Below, piece by piece: positions 1 through 9,410 of a DNA stretch of 63,962 nucleotides (the stretch's first letter is position 1; every line of letters starts with the position of its first letter). The translations under genes were made by a program, and so were the position numbers. The DNA comes from Prevotella sp. (GTDB lineage: Bacteria; Bacillota; Clostridia; Lachnospirales; Lachnospiraceae), in NCBI GenBank assembly GCA_963616205.1, contig CAVEKJ010000001.1, positions 1 through 63,962 of the forward strand, given 5' to 3'. Below the pieces are notes generated by a model. The model did not search any database, was not told the DNA's origin, and saw only the letters and a list, made by a program, of their open reading frames with translations.

Positions 1-785
1 TCTTCCAGTACGTCTCTGGTGGTTCCTGCGATGTCGGTTACGATGGCTCTGTCTTCTCCCAGGAGCAGGTTCAGCAGGGATGATTTTCCTGCGTTTGGCT
101 TGCCCAGAATGACTGTTCGGATGCCTTCCTGGATGATTTTTCCGTCTCCGGCTGTTTTTAACAGGTTCTGTATTTTTTCTTTTTCTTCTGCTACGATCTG
201 CTCTAATTCTTCGGAATATCCTGTCAGATCATAGTGTTCCGGGTCGTCTAATGCTGATTCAATGTACGCTATATGGTACAGTAATTTTTCTCGGATTTGC
301 TGTACGGTTTTTCGGACTGAACCTTTTAATTGGCCTACAGAATTCTTTAATGAGTACTCATTTTTGGACTGTATTACGTCCATAACGGCCTCTGCCTGGG
401 AAAGATCGATCCTTCCATTGAGGAATGCACGCTTGGTAAATTCGCCTGGTTCTGCGATGATTGCGCCGTTTTTCAGCACGGTTTCCAGTACTTTTTTCAT
501 GGCCAGAACACCGCCATGGCAGTCGATTTCTATGGTGTCTTCTCCTGTATAAGTTCTTGGTGCGCGCATGGCCATGACCAGAACTTCATCTACCATTTCT
601 TCGTTATCATAGATATATCCATAATGAATGGTATGGCTTGGAACGTTTTCCAGAGATTTTTTTCCACCTTTGGAATGGTATACTCTGGATGCGATCTCAA
701 AAGCCTCCGGGCCACTGATCCTGACGATCCCGATTCCCGAAGCACTCATGGCCGTGGAAATCGCGGCAATCGTTGTCTCTTCCAT
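1..785 (-). CDS. mnmE: tRNA modification GTPase MnmE (5' part; runs off the window start)
   Basis: Minus-strand translation from ATG at 785 gives [25 protein letters not shown]; later [50 protein letters not shown]. Conserved position after jag. Confidence 0.96.
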   Translation of the reverse strand, partial: MEETTIAAISTAMSASGIGIVRISGPEAFEIASRVYHSKGGKKSLENVPSHTIHYGYIYDNEEMVDEVLVMAMRAPRTYTGEDTIEIDCHGGVLAMKKVLETVLKNGAIIAEPGEFTKRAFLNGRIDLSQAEAVMDVIQSKNEYSLKNSVGQLKGSVRKTVQQIREKLLYHIAYIESALDDPEHYDLTGYSEELEQIVAEEKEKIQNLLKTAGDGKIIQEGIRTVILGKPNAGKSSLLNLLLGEDRAIVTDIAGTTRDVLE

Positions 786-1103
786 TGTTCACTCTCCTTT
801 ATTAAGCGGATAAAATATCGCATCCGTTATGCAGTTCTGTTATATAATTCTACACTGAATAACTGCTGCACAGTTTATCCGGTTAAACGCAAAAATGTTA
901 CTCCGGAAAAGCTTTTTACACGCAAAAAACACGTGTTATTCACGCTTTCACCTAGAATAACATCTTCTGTCAGTTTCTATATTTATAAAGCTGATCTCTG
1001 CATTCCGGATGTCCGCTGCAGAAATATTCTTTATTATTTGCTCTTCAATGATTATAAAGAATTGTCGTGGAGATTGCAATGCTTAATTTTAGGTTTGTTA
1101 TAA

Positions 1104-1150
1104 AAAACAAGCCGCACCCGCGGAGCTTAACGCTCCGGGATGCGGCTTAT
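1104..1150 (-). terminator. Intrinsic terminator after jag
   Basis: AAGCCGCACCCGCGGAGC-loop-GCTCCGGGATGCGGCTT hairpin followed on the minus strand by a T run. Confidence 0.7.
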
Positions 1151-1165
1151 ATTTTTACCACTGAA

Positions 1166-2176
1166 TCAGTAATTATTACGTTTCAGTTTTACCACTACAT
1201 GTCTGTAAGGTTCTTCTCCCTCACTGACTGTCTCTACATAGCGGTTGCCCTGCAGAGATGCGTGGATGATTCTTCTTTCGTATGGATTCATCGGCTCCAG
1301 AACTACCGGTTTTCTGGTTTTCTTTACCTTGAAGGCGATTCCTCTTGCAAGGTTTTCCAGAGTTTCTTTACGGCGGCGTCTGTAGTCCTCAGTATCGAGT
1401 TTGACACGAATGTAGGTAGACTCGCCTTTGTTTACAACAAGGCTTGTCAGATACTGAAGAGAATCCAGTGTCTGGCCTCTTTTTCCGATGAGGATACCCA
1501 TGTCCTCACCTTCAAAATCTACATCCAGAGAACCGTCTGTTGTATTGTATTTCGATGTGATCTCCACTTCTCCAAGATCCATGGAGCCGAATACATCACG
1601 AAGAAATACGACTGCTCTCTCCTCAACCTCTTTGATCTTTTCCGGATCGGTAAGGATCTCCACCGGTCTGCCCTGCTTCGGTGCTCTCTCTCGTGTTTCT
1701 TTCGGCTGACGCTCTTTTGGAGCTCTCGGCTGTTTTTCACGTGCAGGTTTTGCTTTGCCCTGGAAATCCCTTGCCGGTTTTTCCTTCGGCGCAGCTGCCT
1801 TTACAGGTGCTTCTTCGGATGTTTTCTCCGCCTGTACAGCTTCTGTCTTCACCGGTTTCTTCTCCTTTACAGGAGCTGCTTTCGGTGCAGATTCTTTCTT
1901 TACATTTGGAGTAAAAGGCTTTTCTAATTTCTTCTCTTCTTTGATAGCGTCCAGTTTCACGGACTCTACCAGATCATCGATCTCCTGCATATCAGAAACT
2001 GGCTCGATTCTGCGAACTTTGATTATGGCAGGTTTGCTGCCAATTCCGAAGAATCCGGAGCTGCCTTCACTGATAACCTGAATATCAAGCTGGTCACTGG
2101 AAGTTCCAAGCTCAAGACACGCTTTTGTGATAGCTTCATTCTTTGTTTTTGCTGAAAACTGAATGTAATCCTCCAT
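1166..2176 (-). CDS. jag: Jag/EloR (KhpB) RNA-binding protein: Jag_N, KH, R3H domains
   Basis: N-terminal AKTKNEAI..ACLELG, KH GILIGKRGQTLDSLQYL, R3H PMNPYERRIIH..SEGEEPYRHVVV. Confidence 0.95.
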   Translation of the reverse strand: MEDYIQFSAKTKNEAITKACLELGTSSDQLDIQVISEGSSGFFGIGSKPAIIKVRRIEPVSDMQEIDDLVESVKLDAIKEEKKLEKPFTPNVKKESAPKAAPVKEKKPVKTEAVQAEKTSEEAPVKAAAPKEKPARDFQGKAKPAREKQPRAPKERQPKETRERAPKQGRPVEILTDPEKIKEVEERAVVFLRDVFGSMDLGEVEITSKYNTTDGSLDVDFEGEDMGILIGKRGQTLDSLQYLTSLVVNKGESTYIRVKLDTEDYRRRRKETLENLARGIAFKVKKTRKPVVLEPMNPYERRIIHASLQGNRYVETVSEGEEPYRHVVVKLKRNNY

Positions 2177-2197
2177 TACGAACCCCTCCGTTCCTGA

Positions 2198-3520
2198 TTA
2201 TTTCTTCTTATTTCTCTCATCAAAATCTCTTACGAGATTAGCTTTGGCTGTGATGCTTCCTGGTTTCGCAGTTCTTGCCTTCTCGTAAGCTGCATCAACT
2301 TTATGTGCTCTGTCGGAAGCACCGTTATTTCCGCTGTTACCTTTATTAATTACAGGTTTGTTGATGTTTCTTGCGGACTGATGAGCCTGATTTGTGATCT
2401 TCTGCGGCGGAAGTCCTTCTTTCGCACGCTTCGCTTCGATCTTCTTCATGTTCTCATTAACCAGATCATCAATGTTCATCTTATCCAGATGACGGTTGAT
2501 GAGCAGCTGCTGCACGCTTCGTACAACGGCACTGGCGATCCAGTAAATACCAAGACCTACCGGGAATGTGAAACAGAAGAAAGCAGACATCAGAGGCATA
2601 ACCATATTCATGGTCTTCATGGAGCTTGCCATTGCGTTGGCCTGATCACCTGCGTCAGCAGTCTGTGTTGCAGCCTGCGGCATAAGCTTCAGGTTCAGCA
2701 TCTGTGTTGCCCATGCAAGTACCGGTACCAGAAGAGCTACGATCGCAAGTAACAGAGAACCATTATGTTTGAAGAACTCTGTGATATAGTACAGCGGCTG
2801 ATCTGCGATATTCAGACCAAAGAAGCCCTGCATCTTGGAAATATCATGAGAAGTACTTGTGATCATATCAGAAAATCCTGAAAACTGATCCATCTTGGCA
2901 AACGCTTTCCACTGGGAAGGAGAAAGTGCATACAGAAAATCAACAACAGAGTTGCTTGTAGCGTTTCCGGCACTGTCCATAACGAGACGTACTCGTGTCA
3001 TGGAATTGTCTGTGATAAACTGCTGCAGAATATCTGTGTATCCATCTACAGCTACCACCTTGTCAACTACACCAGTAAAAATGCTCTTTACACTTCCAAC
3101 GTAAGCAGGAATTCGGTAGATAACCTGATACAGTGCAAACAGAATAGGCATCTGAATGGCTAACTGTACACAGCTACCGGTCGGAGAAACACCATATTTC
3201 TGATAAACAGCCTGGGTTTCTTCGTTCATTTTCGTCATGGAGTCCTGATCTTTTTTACCCTGATATTTCTTCTGGATCTTCTGGATCTCGGGCTGCATGA
3301 TCGCACTTAACTTGGAAAATTTCTGCTGCTTGATCTGCAGCGGTGTCATAAAGGCAAAGATAAGAATACTGAAGATAATGATACAAAGACCAATGTTCTG
3401 GATTCCGAACAGGCCGTCAAGCATCTTATATATGCCATCCATGATCCATCCCATCACAGACGCGATCTGTCCGATAATAGGAGTTCCGGTTTTTGTTGCT
3501 AAAAACAGTTCCAAATTCAT
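2198..3520 (-). CDS. yidC: YidC/Oxa1 membrane protein insertase
   Basis: QPEIQKIQKKY, GVSPTGSC..IQMPILFALY, FPVGLGIYW motifs; synteny. Confidence 0.95.
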   Translation of the reverse strand: MNLELFLATKTGTPIIGQIASVMGWIMDGIYKMLDGLFGIQNIGLCIIIFSILIFAFMTPLQIKQQKFSKLSAIMQPEIQKIQKKYQGKKDQDSMTKMNEETQAVYQKYGVSPTGSCVQLAIQMPILFALYQVIYRIPAYVGSVKSIFTGVVDKVVAVDGYTDILQQFITDNSMTRVRLVMDSAGNATSNSVVDFLYALSPSQWKAFAKMDQFSGFSDMITSTSHDISKMQGFFGLNIADQPLYYITEFFKHNGSLLLAIVALLVPVLAWATQMLNLKLMPQAATQTADAGDQANAMASSMKTMNMVMPLMSAFFCFTFPVGLGIYWIASAVVRSVQQLLINRHLDKMNIDDLVNENMKKIEAKRAKEGLPPQKITNQAHQSARNINKPVINKGNSGNNGASDRAHKVDAAYEKARTAKPGSITAKANLVRDFDERNKKK

Positions 3521-3601
3521 TTCCTCCTAGACTTCTTATTCAATTGTAAAAGTCCGGTAACTATTCAGCCCGGGAAAAAGGCTGAACAGTCACAAAATAA
3601 T

Positions 3602-3814
3602 TCATGGCACAGGGTCATAGCCTCCGTGGGAAAAAGGATTGCATCGCAAGATCCTCCATGCCGCAAGAAGACTGCCCTTAAACGCGCCATATTTTTCGAT
3701 TGCTTCCAAACCATATTGAGAACATGTGGGAATATAAGGACATTTCGTTCTCTTCATCGGCGATATATATTTTTGATAGAGCCTTATCATCTTAATCAGA
3801 AATTTCTTTATCAT
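3602..3814 (-). CDS. yidD: Membrane protein insertion efficiency factor YidD
   Basis: [34 protein letters not shown]. Start placed at the second ATG because of RBS spacing. Confidence 0.93.
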   Translation of the reverse strand: MIKKFLIKMIRLYQKYISPMKRTKCPYIPTCSQYGLEAIEKYGAFKGSLLAAWRILRCNPFSHGGYDPVP

Positions 3815-4154
3815 GTTCATTCCCTGTTATATGATGCTTTCTTGCCAGATGCAATAAAGCACTCTCGATCTCGTGAAAGCCTTTGTCTTTTGCGCCGGCT
3901 CTCGCTACTACTACAATATCAAGGTTACTGTCAAAATCTGTTTCGTTGAGACGATAACTTTCTCTGATCAGTCTGGTGAGTCTGTGGCGGACCACACTAT
4001 TCCCTACTTTTTTGCTTACTGATATTCCCAGACGATTCTTCATGTGCTGATTCTTCAGCACGTACATCACCAGAAGCCGATTTGCGTATGATGTTCCGTT
4101 CTGATATACAACTCTAAAATCTTGATTTTTCTTTAAGGACTCTGATCTTATCAA
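3792..4154 (-). CDS. rnpA: Ribonuclease P protein component
   Basis: [21 protein letters not shown] motif; TTG start; between rpmH and yidD. Confidence 0.95.
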   Translation of the reverse strand: MIRSESLKKNQDFRVVYQNGTSYANRLLVMYVLKNQHMKNRLGISVSKKVGNSVVRHRLTRLIRESYRLNETDFDSNLDIVVVARAGAKDKGFHEIESALLHLARKHHITGNEHDKEISD

Positions 4155-4239
4155 ACGAATCCTCCTTAATTAAAAAATTCCGCTCTCACGGATATTTCTC
4201 CGGATAGAAGAAAAGACCACATAAATGCGGTCTTGCAGC

Positions 4240-4374
4240 TTATGCTGATAACTGTTTTCTTCCTTTTAATCTTCTTGCAGCTAATACTTTACGTCCGCCC
4301 TTTGTGCTCATGCGAGCTCTGAAGCCGTGAACTTTAGCTCTGGATCTCTTTTTTGGCTGAAATGTCATCTTCAT
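4240..4374 (-). CDS. rpmH: 50S ribosomal protein L34 (missed by the ORF track)
   Basis: Manual translation [44 protein letters not shown], 44 aa, with AGGAGG RBS. Confidence 0.97.
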   Translation of the reverse strand: MKMTFQPKKRSRAKVHGFRARMSTKGGRKVLAARRLKGRKQLSA

Positions 4375-4544
4375 AGGTAAAGCACCTCCTTTATCTATTT
4401 TTAATTGTTATGAAATAACTTATCATTCAGAACATCGTTTCAATTATATAAATAAACCTCCTTTTCGTCAAGTAAAAATTGCAAAAAACCCGATAAAATC
4501 AGGGGTTCCATAAAATACCGCCACCTCACGGTATTTATTTTTTT

Positions 4545-4860
4545 CTCATATGTGGAAAGCGCTTATGGTTTACGTAACATTATCCACATTTTGTGGATAA
4601 CTTGTGGATAACTTGTGGATTGACCGGAAATCTATCCACTTTTTCAGGTCGTTTGTTCACATCGTTTTCAAAAAAACCCTTTATTTGCGGTATTTTTAAG
4701 GTGGATGATTTTATACACATAATTATCCCACATTTTCCACCAATTCTCGACTTATGGAAACCTCCAGGGCGCTTATCCACAATAATCCACCCTAATCCAC
4801 AGTAATTTCCCCACATTATCCACATTCTTTTCCCCAAAATCTCAAGGTTTTCCATTGCGA
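4545..4860. promoter_or_regulatory. oriC part 1: DnaA-box cluster in the rpmH-dnaA intergenic region
   Basis: Perfect TTATCCACA (4580, ~4773, ~4816), TGTGGATAA (4592, 4604), TTATACACA and several one-mismatch boxes. Confidence 0.92.
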
Positions 4861-4945
4861 AAACCCCATTTTCATTGTAATATATAAAAGGATATCTGTC
4901 TCCAGTCGCAGACTGGGGTTATTATAATACTCATGGGAGGAAAAA

Positions 4946-6313
4946 ATGAACGCTGTTATTGAAAAATGGGAGGAGATCCTGCAAACTGTCAAATCTGAAT
5001 ATGAGGTGACTGATGTCCCTTTTAATACCTGGCTTAAGCCGCTGAAAGTTTATGAGGTTGACGGAAAGCTGATAACAGTGGTTGTTCCCTCTGAGCAGGC
5101 AGCGATCGGAGTCAATTACATCAGTAAACGTTACAAAATACCGCTCCAGGTTACGATCTGTGTGCTGACAGGCATGGAAGAATGCGAAGTTCGCTTCGTC
5201 CTGGAAAAAGATCTCCCCAAAAAAACAGAAAAAAACACTTCTTATGATAAACAGGTTCAGGATACACGTTACGAAGAAGCTCATTTAAATCCAAAATACA
5301 CCTTCGACACCTTCGTCGTGGGAAGTAACAACAAATTCGCCCAGGCAGCAGCCCTTGCAGTTGCCGAATCACCGGGAGATACCTACAATCCACTGTTTAT
5401 CTATGGCGGAGCCGGTCTTGGAAAGACGCATCTTATGCATTCCATCGCTCATTTCATTCTGGAACACGATGAAAACAGCCGTGTTTTGTATGTAACCAGT
5501 GAGGAATTTACCAACGAACTGATCGAAACCATCCGAAACGGAAATAACACGGCAATGAGCAAATTCCGTGAAAAATACCGGAATATCGATGTTCTTCTCG
5601 TCGATGATATTCAGTTTATTATAGGAAAAGAATCCACACAGGAGGAATTTTTCCATACATTTAACAGTCTCCACAGCGCCAAAAAGCAGATTATCATATC
5701 TTCGGATAAACCACCGAAAGATATGGAGATCCTCGAAGAGCGTTTCCGTTCAAGGTTTGAGTGGGGTCTGATCGCAGATATTACGCTGCCAGACTACGAA
5801 ACCCGAATGGCGATCCTTCATAAAAATGAAGAAATGAACGGATACAGCATCAGTGAAGACGTTATCAAATATATCGCTACCAATATCAAATCCAACATCC
5901 GTGAGCTGGAAGGTGCCTTCAACAAAGTCATGGCCGGAGCCAAACTTGAGAAAAAAGAAGTAACTCTGGAACTGGCCGAGCAGGCACTGAAAGATATTAT
6001 TTCTCCAGATGAGAAAAAAGTAATCACACCGGAATACATTATCTCCGTTGTTGCCGAACATTACGGAGTCACACCTGCAGACTTAAGCGGAAACAAACGA
6101 AACTCCAAGATCGTTATGCCACGCCAGGTTTCCATGTATCTCTGCCGTGAGATCATCTCCACACCTTTGAAAAATATCGGAAAAGCTCTTGGAAACCGTG
6201 ACCATACCACCGTTATGCACGGTATCGAAAAGATCGAAAACGAATTGCAGAACGACGATAACTTAAAAAATACCATTGATATATTGAAAAAGAAGATTAA
6301 TCCACAAGGTTAG
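4946..6313 (+). CDS. dnaA: Chromosomal replication initiator DnaA
   Basis: LNPKYTFDTFVVG, YNPLFIYGGAGLGKTHL, LLVDDIQF, RDHTTVMHG. Confidence 0.99.
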   Translation: MNAVIEKWEEILQTVKSEYEVTDVPFNTWLKPLKVYEVDGKLITVVVPSEQAAIGVNYISKRYKIPLQVTICVLTGMEECEVRFVLEKDLPKKTEKNTSYDKQVQDTRYEEAHLNPKYTFDTFVVGSNNKFAQAAALAVAESPGDTYNPLFIYGGAGLGKTHLMHSIAHFILEHDENSRVLYVTSEEFTNELIETIRNGNNTAMSKFREKYRNIDVLLVDDIQFIIGKESTQEEFFHTFNSLHSAKKQIIISSDKPPKDMEILEERFRSRFEWGLIADITLPDYETRMAILHKNEEMNGYSISEDVIKYIATNIKSNIRELEGAFNKVMAGAKLEKKEVTLELAEQALKDIISPDEKKVITPEYIISVVAEHYGVTPADLSGNKRNSKIVMPRQVSMYLCREIISTPLKNIGKALGNRDHTTVMHGIEKIENELQNDDNLKNTIDILKKKINPQG

Positions 6314-6590
6314 GGAAGTTTTCCACATTACTGGTGTATAACGTGTTGATTGCATGTGGAAAGATGTGTACAACTTTTTTGCCAAAATCCGGCGGTAATT
6401 TTATCCCCGGGTTATTCACATGCGAAACTACCACTTTTACACAAAGTTATCCCACCGGAAAACCCCTGAAAACATCAGGCCTGCGGGAGTTTTTCACAAA
6501 ATCTGGCCCCCTACGGCGGTTACTGCGGATTTTTTCTATAAATATATTTATAAAAACCACAATTTACTCAGAAAGGGAGTTATACACACT
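6314..6590. promoter_or_regulatory. oriC part 2: DnaA boxes, putative DnaA-trios and AT-rich unwinding element (dnaA-dnaN intergenic)
   Basis: TTTTCCACA, TTATTCACA, TTTTTCACA, TTATACACA. A box is followed by GGCCCCC, then TAC-GGC-GGT-TAC-TGC and the AT-rich TTTTTTCTATAAATATATTTATAAAAA, as in the Bacillus-type basal unwinding system. Confidence 0.85.
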
Positions 6591-7706
6591 ATGAAAATCA
6601 TCTGCTCCAAATCAAGTCTGTTAAAAAGTGTAAGTATCGCACTCAAAGCAGTTCCATCAAAAACCACAATGCCAATCCTGGAATGTATTCTTATGGATGC
6701 AACCACAAACCAGATCAAATTTACCACCAACGATATGGAACTTGGAATCGAAACCATTGTTGAAGGTATTATTGAAGAAAAAGGAAAAGTTGCTCTTGAT
6801 GCAAAAATTTTCTATGAAATCATCAGACGACTTCCGGATAATGACATTACCATCAAAACCGATGATAAATTTGCAGCAACCATTACCTGCGAAAAAGCAA
6901 AATTCAATATTCCTGGAAAATCCGGAGAAGATTTTGCTTATTTACCAATGATCGAAAAGGATGAACCACTGACCATTTCTCAGTACACACTGAAAGAAAT
7001 GATCCGCCAGACTATTTTTTCCATTGCAGTGAATGAGAACAATAAACTGATGACCGGTGAACTTTTTGAAATTAAAGATAACTGTCTGAAGGTAGTTTCT
7101 CTGGACGGACACCGTATTGCCATCCGAAAAATGCCCCTTAAGAAAGAATATTCTGACCGTAAAGTGGTAGTTCCGGGCAAAACTTTAAGTGAAGTCAGCA
7201 AGATCCTTTCCGGAGAAGTGGATGACCAGGTCAGCATTTACTTCACAAAAAACCACATTCTGTTCGAATTTGATCAGACTATGGTAGTTTCCAGACTGAT
7301 CGAGGGCGAATATTTCAGAATCGATCAGATGCTTTCCAGCGATTATGAAACAAAACTTAAAATTAACAAAAAAGAATTCCTGGATTGTATCGACCGTGCC
7401 ACACTTCTGGTACGTGAAGTTGACAAAAAACCGATCATCATCAACATCACCGATGACGATATGGAGCTGCGCATTGATTCCGCAATGGGTTCCATGAATG
7501 AGGAGATCGATATTGAAAAAGAGGGTAAAGATATCATGATCGGATTCAACCCGAAATTCCTGATCGATGCTCTCCGTGTTATTGATGATGAAACCATTAC
7601 GATCTATCTCGTAAATCCGAAGGCACCATGCTTTATCCGTGATGACGAGGAGAACTATACTTACCTGATCCTTCCTGTAAACATCAATCAGAATCAGGCA
7701 AGATAA
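6591..7706 (+). CDS. dnaN: DNA polymerase III beta clamp
   Basis: MKIICSKSSL.., SLDGHRIA, SRLIEGEYF, IGFNPKFLIDAL, YLILPV; RBS GAAAGGGAG before ATG 6591. Confidence 0.98.
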   Translation: MKIICSKSSLLKSVSIALKAVPSKTTMPILECILMDATTNQIKFTTNDMELGIETIVEGIIEEKGKVALDAKIFYEIIRRLPDNDITIKTDDKFAATITCEKAKFNIPGKSGEDFAYLPMIEKDEPLTISQYTLKEMIRQTIFSIAVNENNKLMTGELFEIKDNCLKVVSLDGHRIAIRKMPLKKEYSDRKVVVPGKTLSEVSKILSGEVDDQVSIYFTKNHILFEFDQTMVVSRLIEGEYFRIDQMLSSDYETKLKINKKEFLDCIDRATLLVREVDKKPIIINITDDDMELRIDSAMGSMNEEIDIEKEGKDIMIGFNPKFLIDALRVIDDETITIYLVNPKAPCFIRDDEENYTYLILPVNINQNQAR

Positions 7707-7940
7707 GTCTTTGTGCAATATAATGGACAAATGACGGGCGCACCAGCTTCAGGGATGGGACTGATAGCGGGGCGTTTTCCAACGGATCAGAATGCCGGTG
7801 TCCGTGTGATGCGTACAGCCCGACGGCTGGTATCAGGATTGTTATAAACAGATACAACAAAACTGTGTGACCGTTTATGACCGATTTTGTGCGGGATGTG
7901 GCTGTGTCCAGAGAATCATTTCATACGTAAACTACCGGGA

Positions 7941-8002
7941 GGCGGTATTTAAATTACCCCCTCCTGGCAAAATTTGTGTTTTGGGGGAGTTTAAATACCG
8001 CC
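7941..8002. repeat. Inverted repeat (13-bp perfect arms, extendable) in the dnaN-yaaA spacer
   Basis: GGCGGTATTTAAA at 7941 and TTTAAATACCGCC at 7990-8002, with CCCCC/GGGGG inside. Confidence 0.8.
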
Positions 8003-8064
8003 GGAAGATCAGAAAAGATCAATATAACGGAAAAATTGCCCCCGGAGAATAAGAGGGAAGAAAA

Positions 8065-8271
8065 TTGGAGATCAGAATTAAAGACGAATTTATCAAACTT
8101 GGCCAGGCACTGAAGCTGGCTGGTGTTGTGGAGGACGGTGTTGAGGCGAAATATGCCATCAATGACGGTCTGGTACTGGTAAACGGTGAGGTTGAGAACC
8201 GCCGCGGACGTAAGATCCATCCGGGAGATACCATTTCCTACGATGGAAAAGATATTTATGTGATCGGGTGA
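8065..8271 (+). CDS. yaaA: S4-domain RNA-binding protein YaaA/RlbA
   Basis: FIKLGQALKLAG..G.EAK..I.DG.V.VNGEVENRRGRKI; TTG start; between dnaN and recF. Confidence 0.92.
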   Translation: MEIRIKDEFIKLGQALKLAGVVEDGVEAKYAINDGLVLVNGEVENRRGRKIHPGDTISYDGKDIYVIG

Positions 8272-8275
8272 AAGA

Positions 8276-9367
8276 ATGTACATTGAATCCATCAGACTGA
8301 ATAATTTCAGGAATTATGAGTCGCTGGAGATGAATTTTGATCAGGGGACCAACATTCTCTACGGCGACAACGCCCAGGGAAAGACCAATATCCTGGAGGC
8401 GGTTTATCTGGCAGGCACCAGCAAATCCCACAAGGGAAGCAAGGACCGGGAGATGATCCGCTTTGAGAATGAGGAATCCCATATCCGAATGATGGTGAAA
8501 AAGGGCGATCTTTCATACAAAATAGACATGCACCTCCGGAAAAACAAAGCAAAGGGAGTTGCCATCAACGGGCTGCCGATCCGCAAGGCAAGGGAGCTGC
8601 TGGGCGTGGTGAATCTGGTGTTTTTTTCTCCGGAGGATCTTAATATTATCAAGAATGGACCAGGCGAGAGAAGACGTTTTCTGGATTCGGAGCTTTGTCA
8701 GCTGGATGGTGTTTATATCACGGAGCTGGCCAGCTACAATCACATTGTGAACCAGAGAAACCGTCTTCTCAAAGACTGTTATATGAACTCCGGACTGAAA
8801 AGTACCCTGGATGTCTGGGACATGCAGATGGTTGATTACGGAAAGAAGATCATCGAAAAGAGGGAAGAGTTCGTGGAGGAGCTCAACGAGATCGCAAAGG
8901 GGCTCCACAAGGGTCTCACCGGTGGGATCGAAGAGCTTGAGATCCTCTATGAGCCAAGTGTGACGGCCGGGGAATTCGAGCAGAAACTTTTCCAGAACCG
9001 GGAGCGGGACCTGCGGATGAAACTGACGTCTGTGGGACCCCATCGAGATGATTTTTGCGTAAAGGTCAATGGAATTGACATCCGGAAGTACGGTTCCCAG
9101 GGGCAGCAGAGGACCGCGGCCCTTTCCCTGAAGCTTTCGGAGATCTACCTGGTAAAGAAAAAGATCAAGGATACACCGGTGCTTTTGCTGGATGATGTCC
9201 TTTCGGAACTGGACAGCAGCAGGCAGACTTATCTGCTGGAAAGTATCCACGATATACAGACTCTGATCACCTGTACAGGACTGGATGATTTTGTCAGTCA
9301 TCAGTTCGAGATCAACAGGGTTTTTCAGGTGGTAAAGGGGCATGTTTATATGCCTAAAGGGTTTTGA
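8276..9367 (+). CDS. recF: DNA replication/repair protein RecF
   Basis: GDNAQGKTNILEA, VGPHRDD, GSQGQQRT, PVLLLDDVLSELD. Confidence 0.98.
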   Translation: MYIESIRLNNFRNYESLEMNFDQGTNILYGDNAQGKTNILEAVYLAGTSKSHKGSKDREMIRFENEESHIRMMVKKGDLSYKIDMHLRKNKAKGVAINGLPIRKARELLGVVNLVFFSPEDLNIIKNGPGERRRFLDSELCQLDGVYITELASYNHIVNQRNRLLKDCYMNSGLKSTLDVWDMQMVDYGKKIIEKREEFVEELNEIAKGLHKGLTGGIEELEILYEPSVTAGEFEQKLFQNRERDLRMKLTSVGPHRDDFCVKVNGIDIRKYGSQGQQRTAALSLKLSEIYLVKKKIKDTPVLLLDDVLSELDSSRQTYLLESIHDIQTLITCTGLDDFVSHQFEINRVFQVVKGHVYMPKGF

Positions 9368-9410
9368 CAAGCCCGTATGCATATGGTAAACTGATTCTGA
9401 TTATGGAAAG

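Noticed and set aside
786..9400. parS sites near oriC
   Set aside because: No convincing TGTTNCACGTGAAACA match seen by eye.
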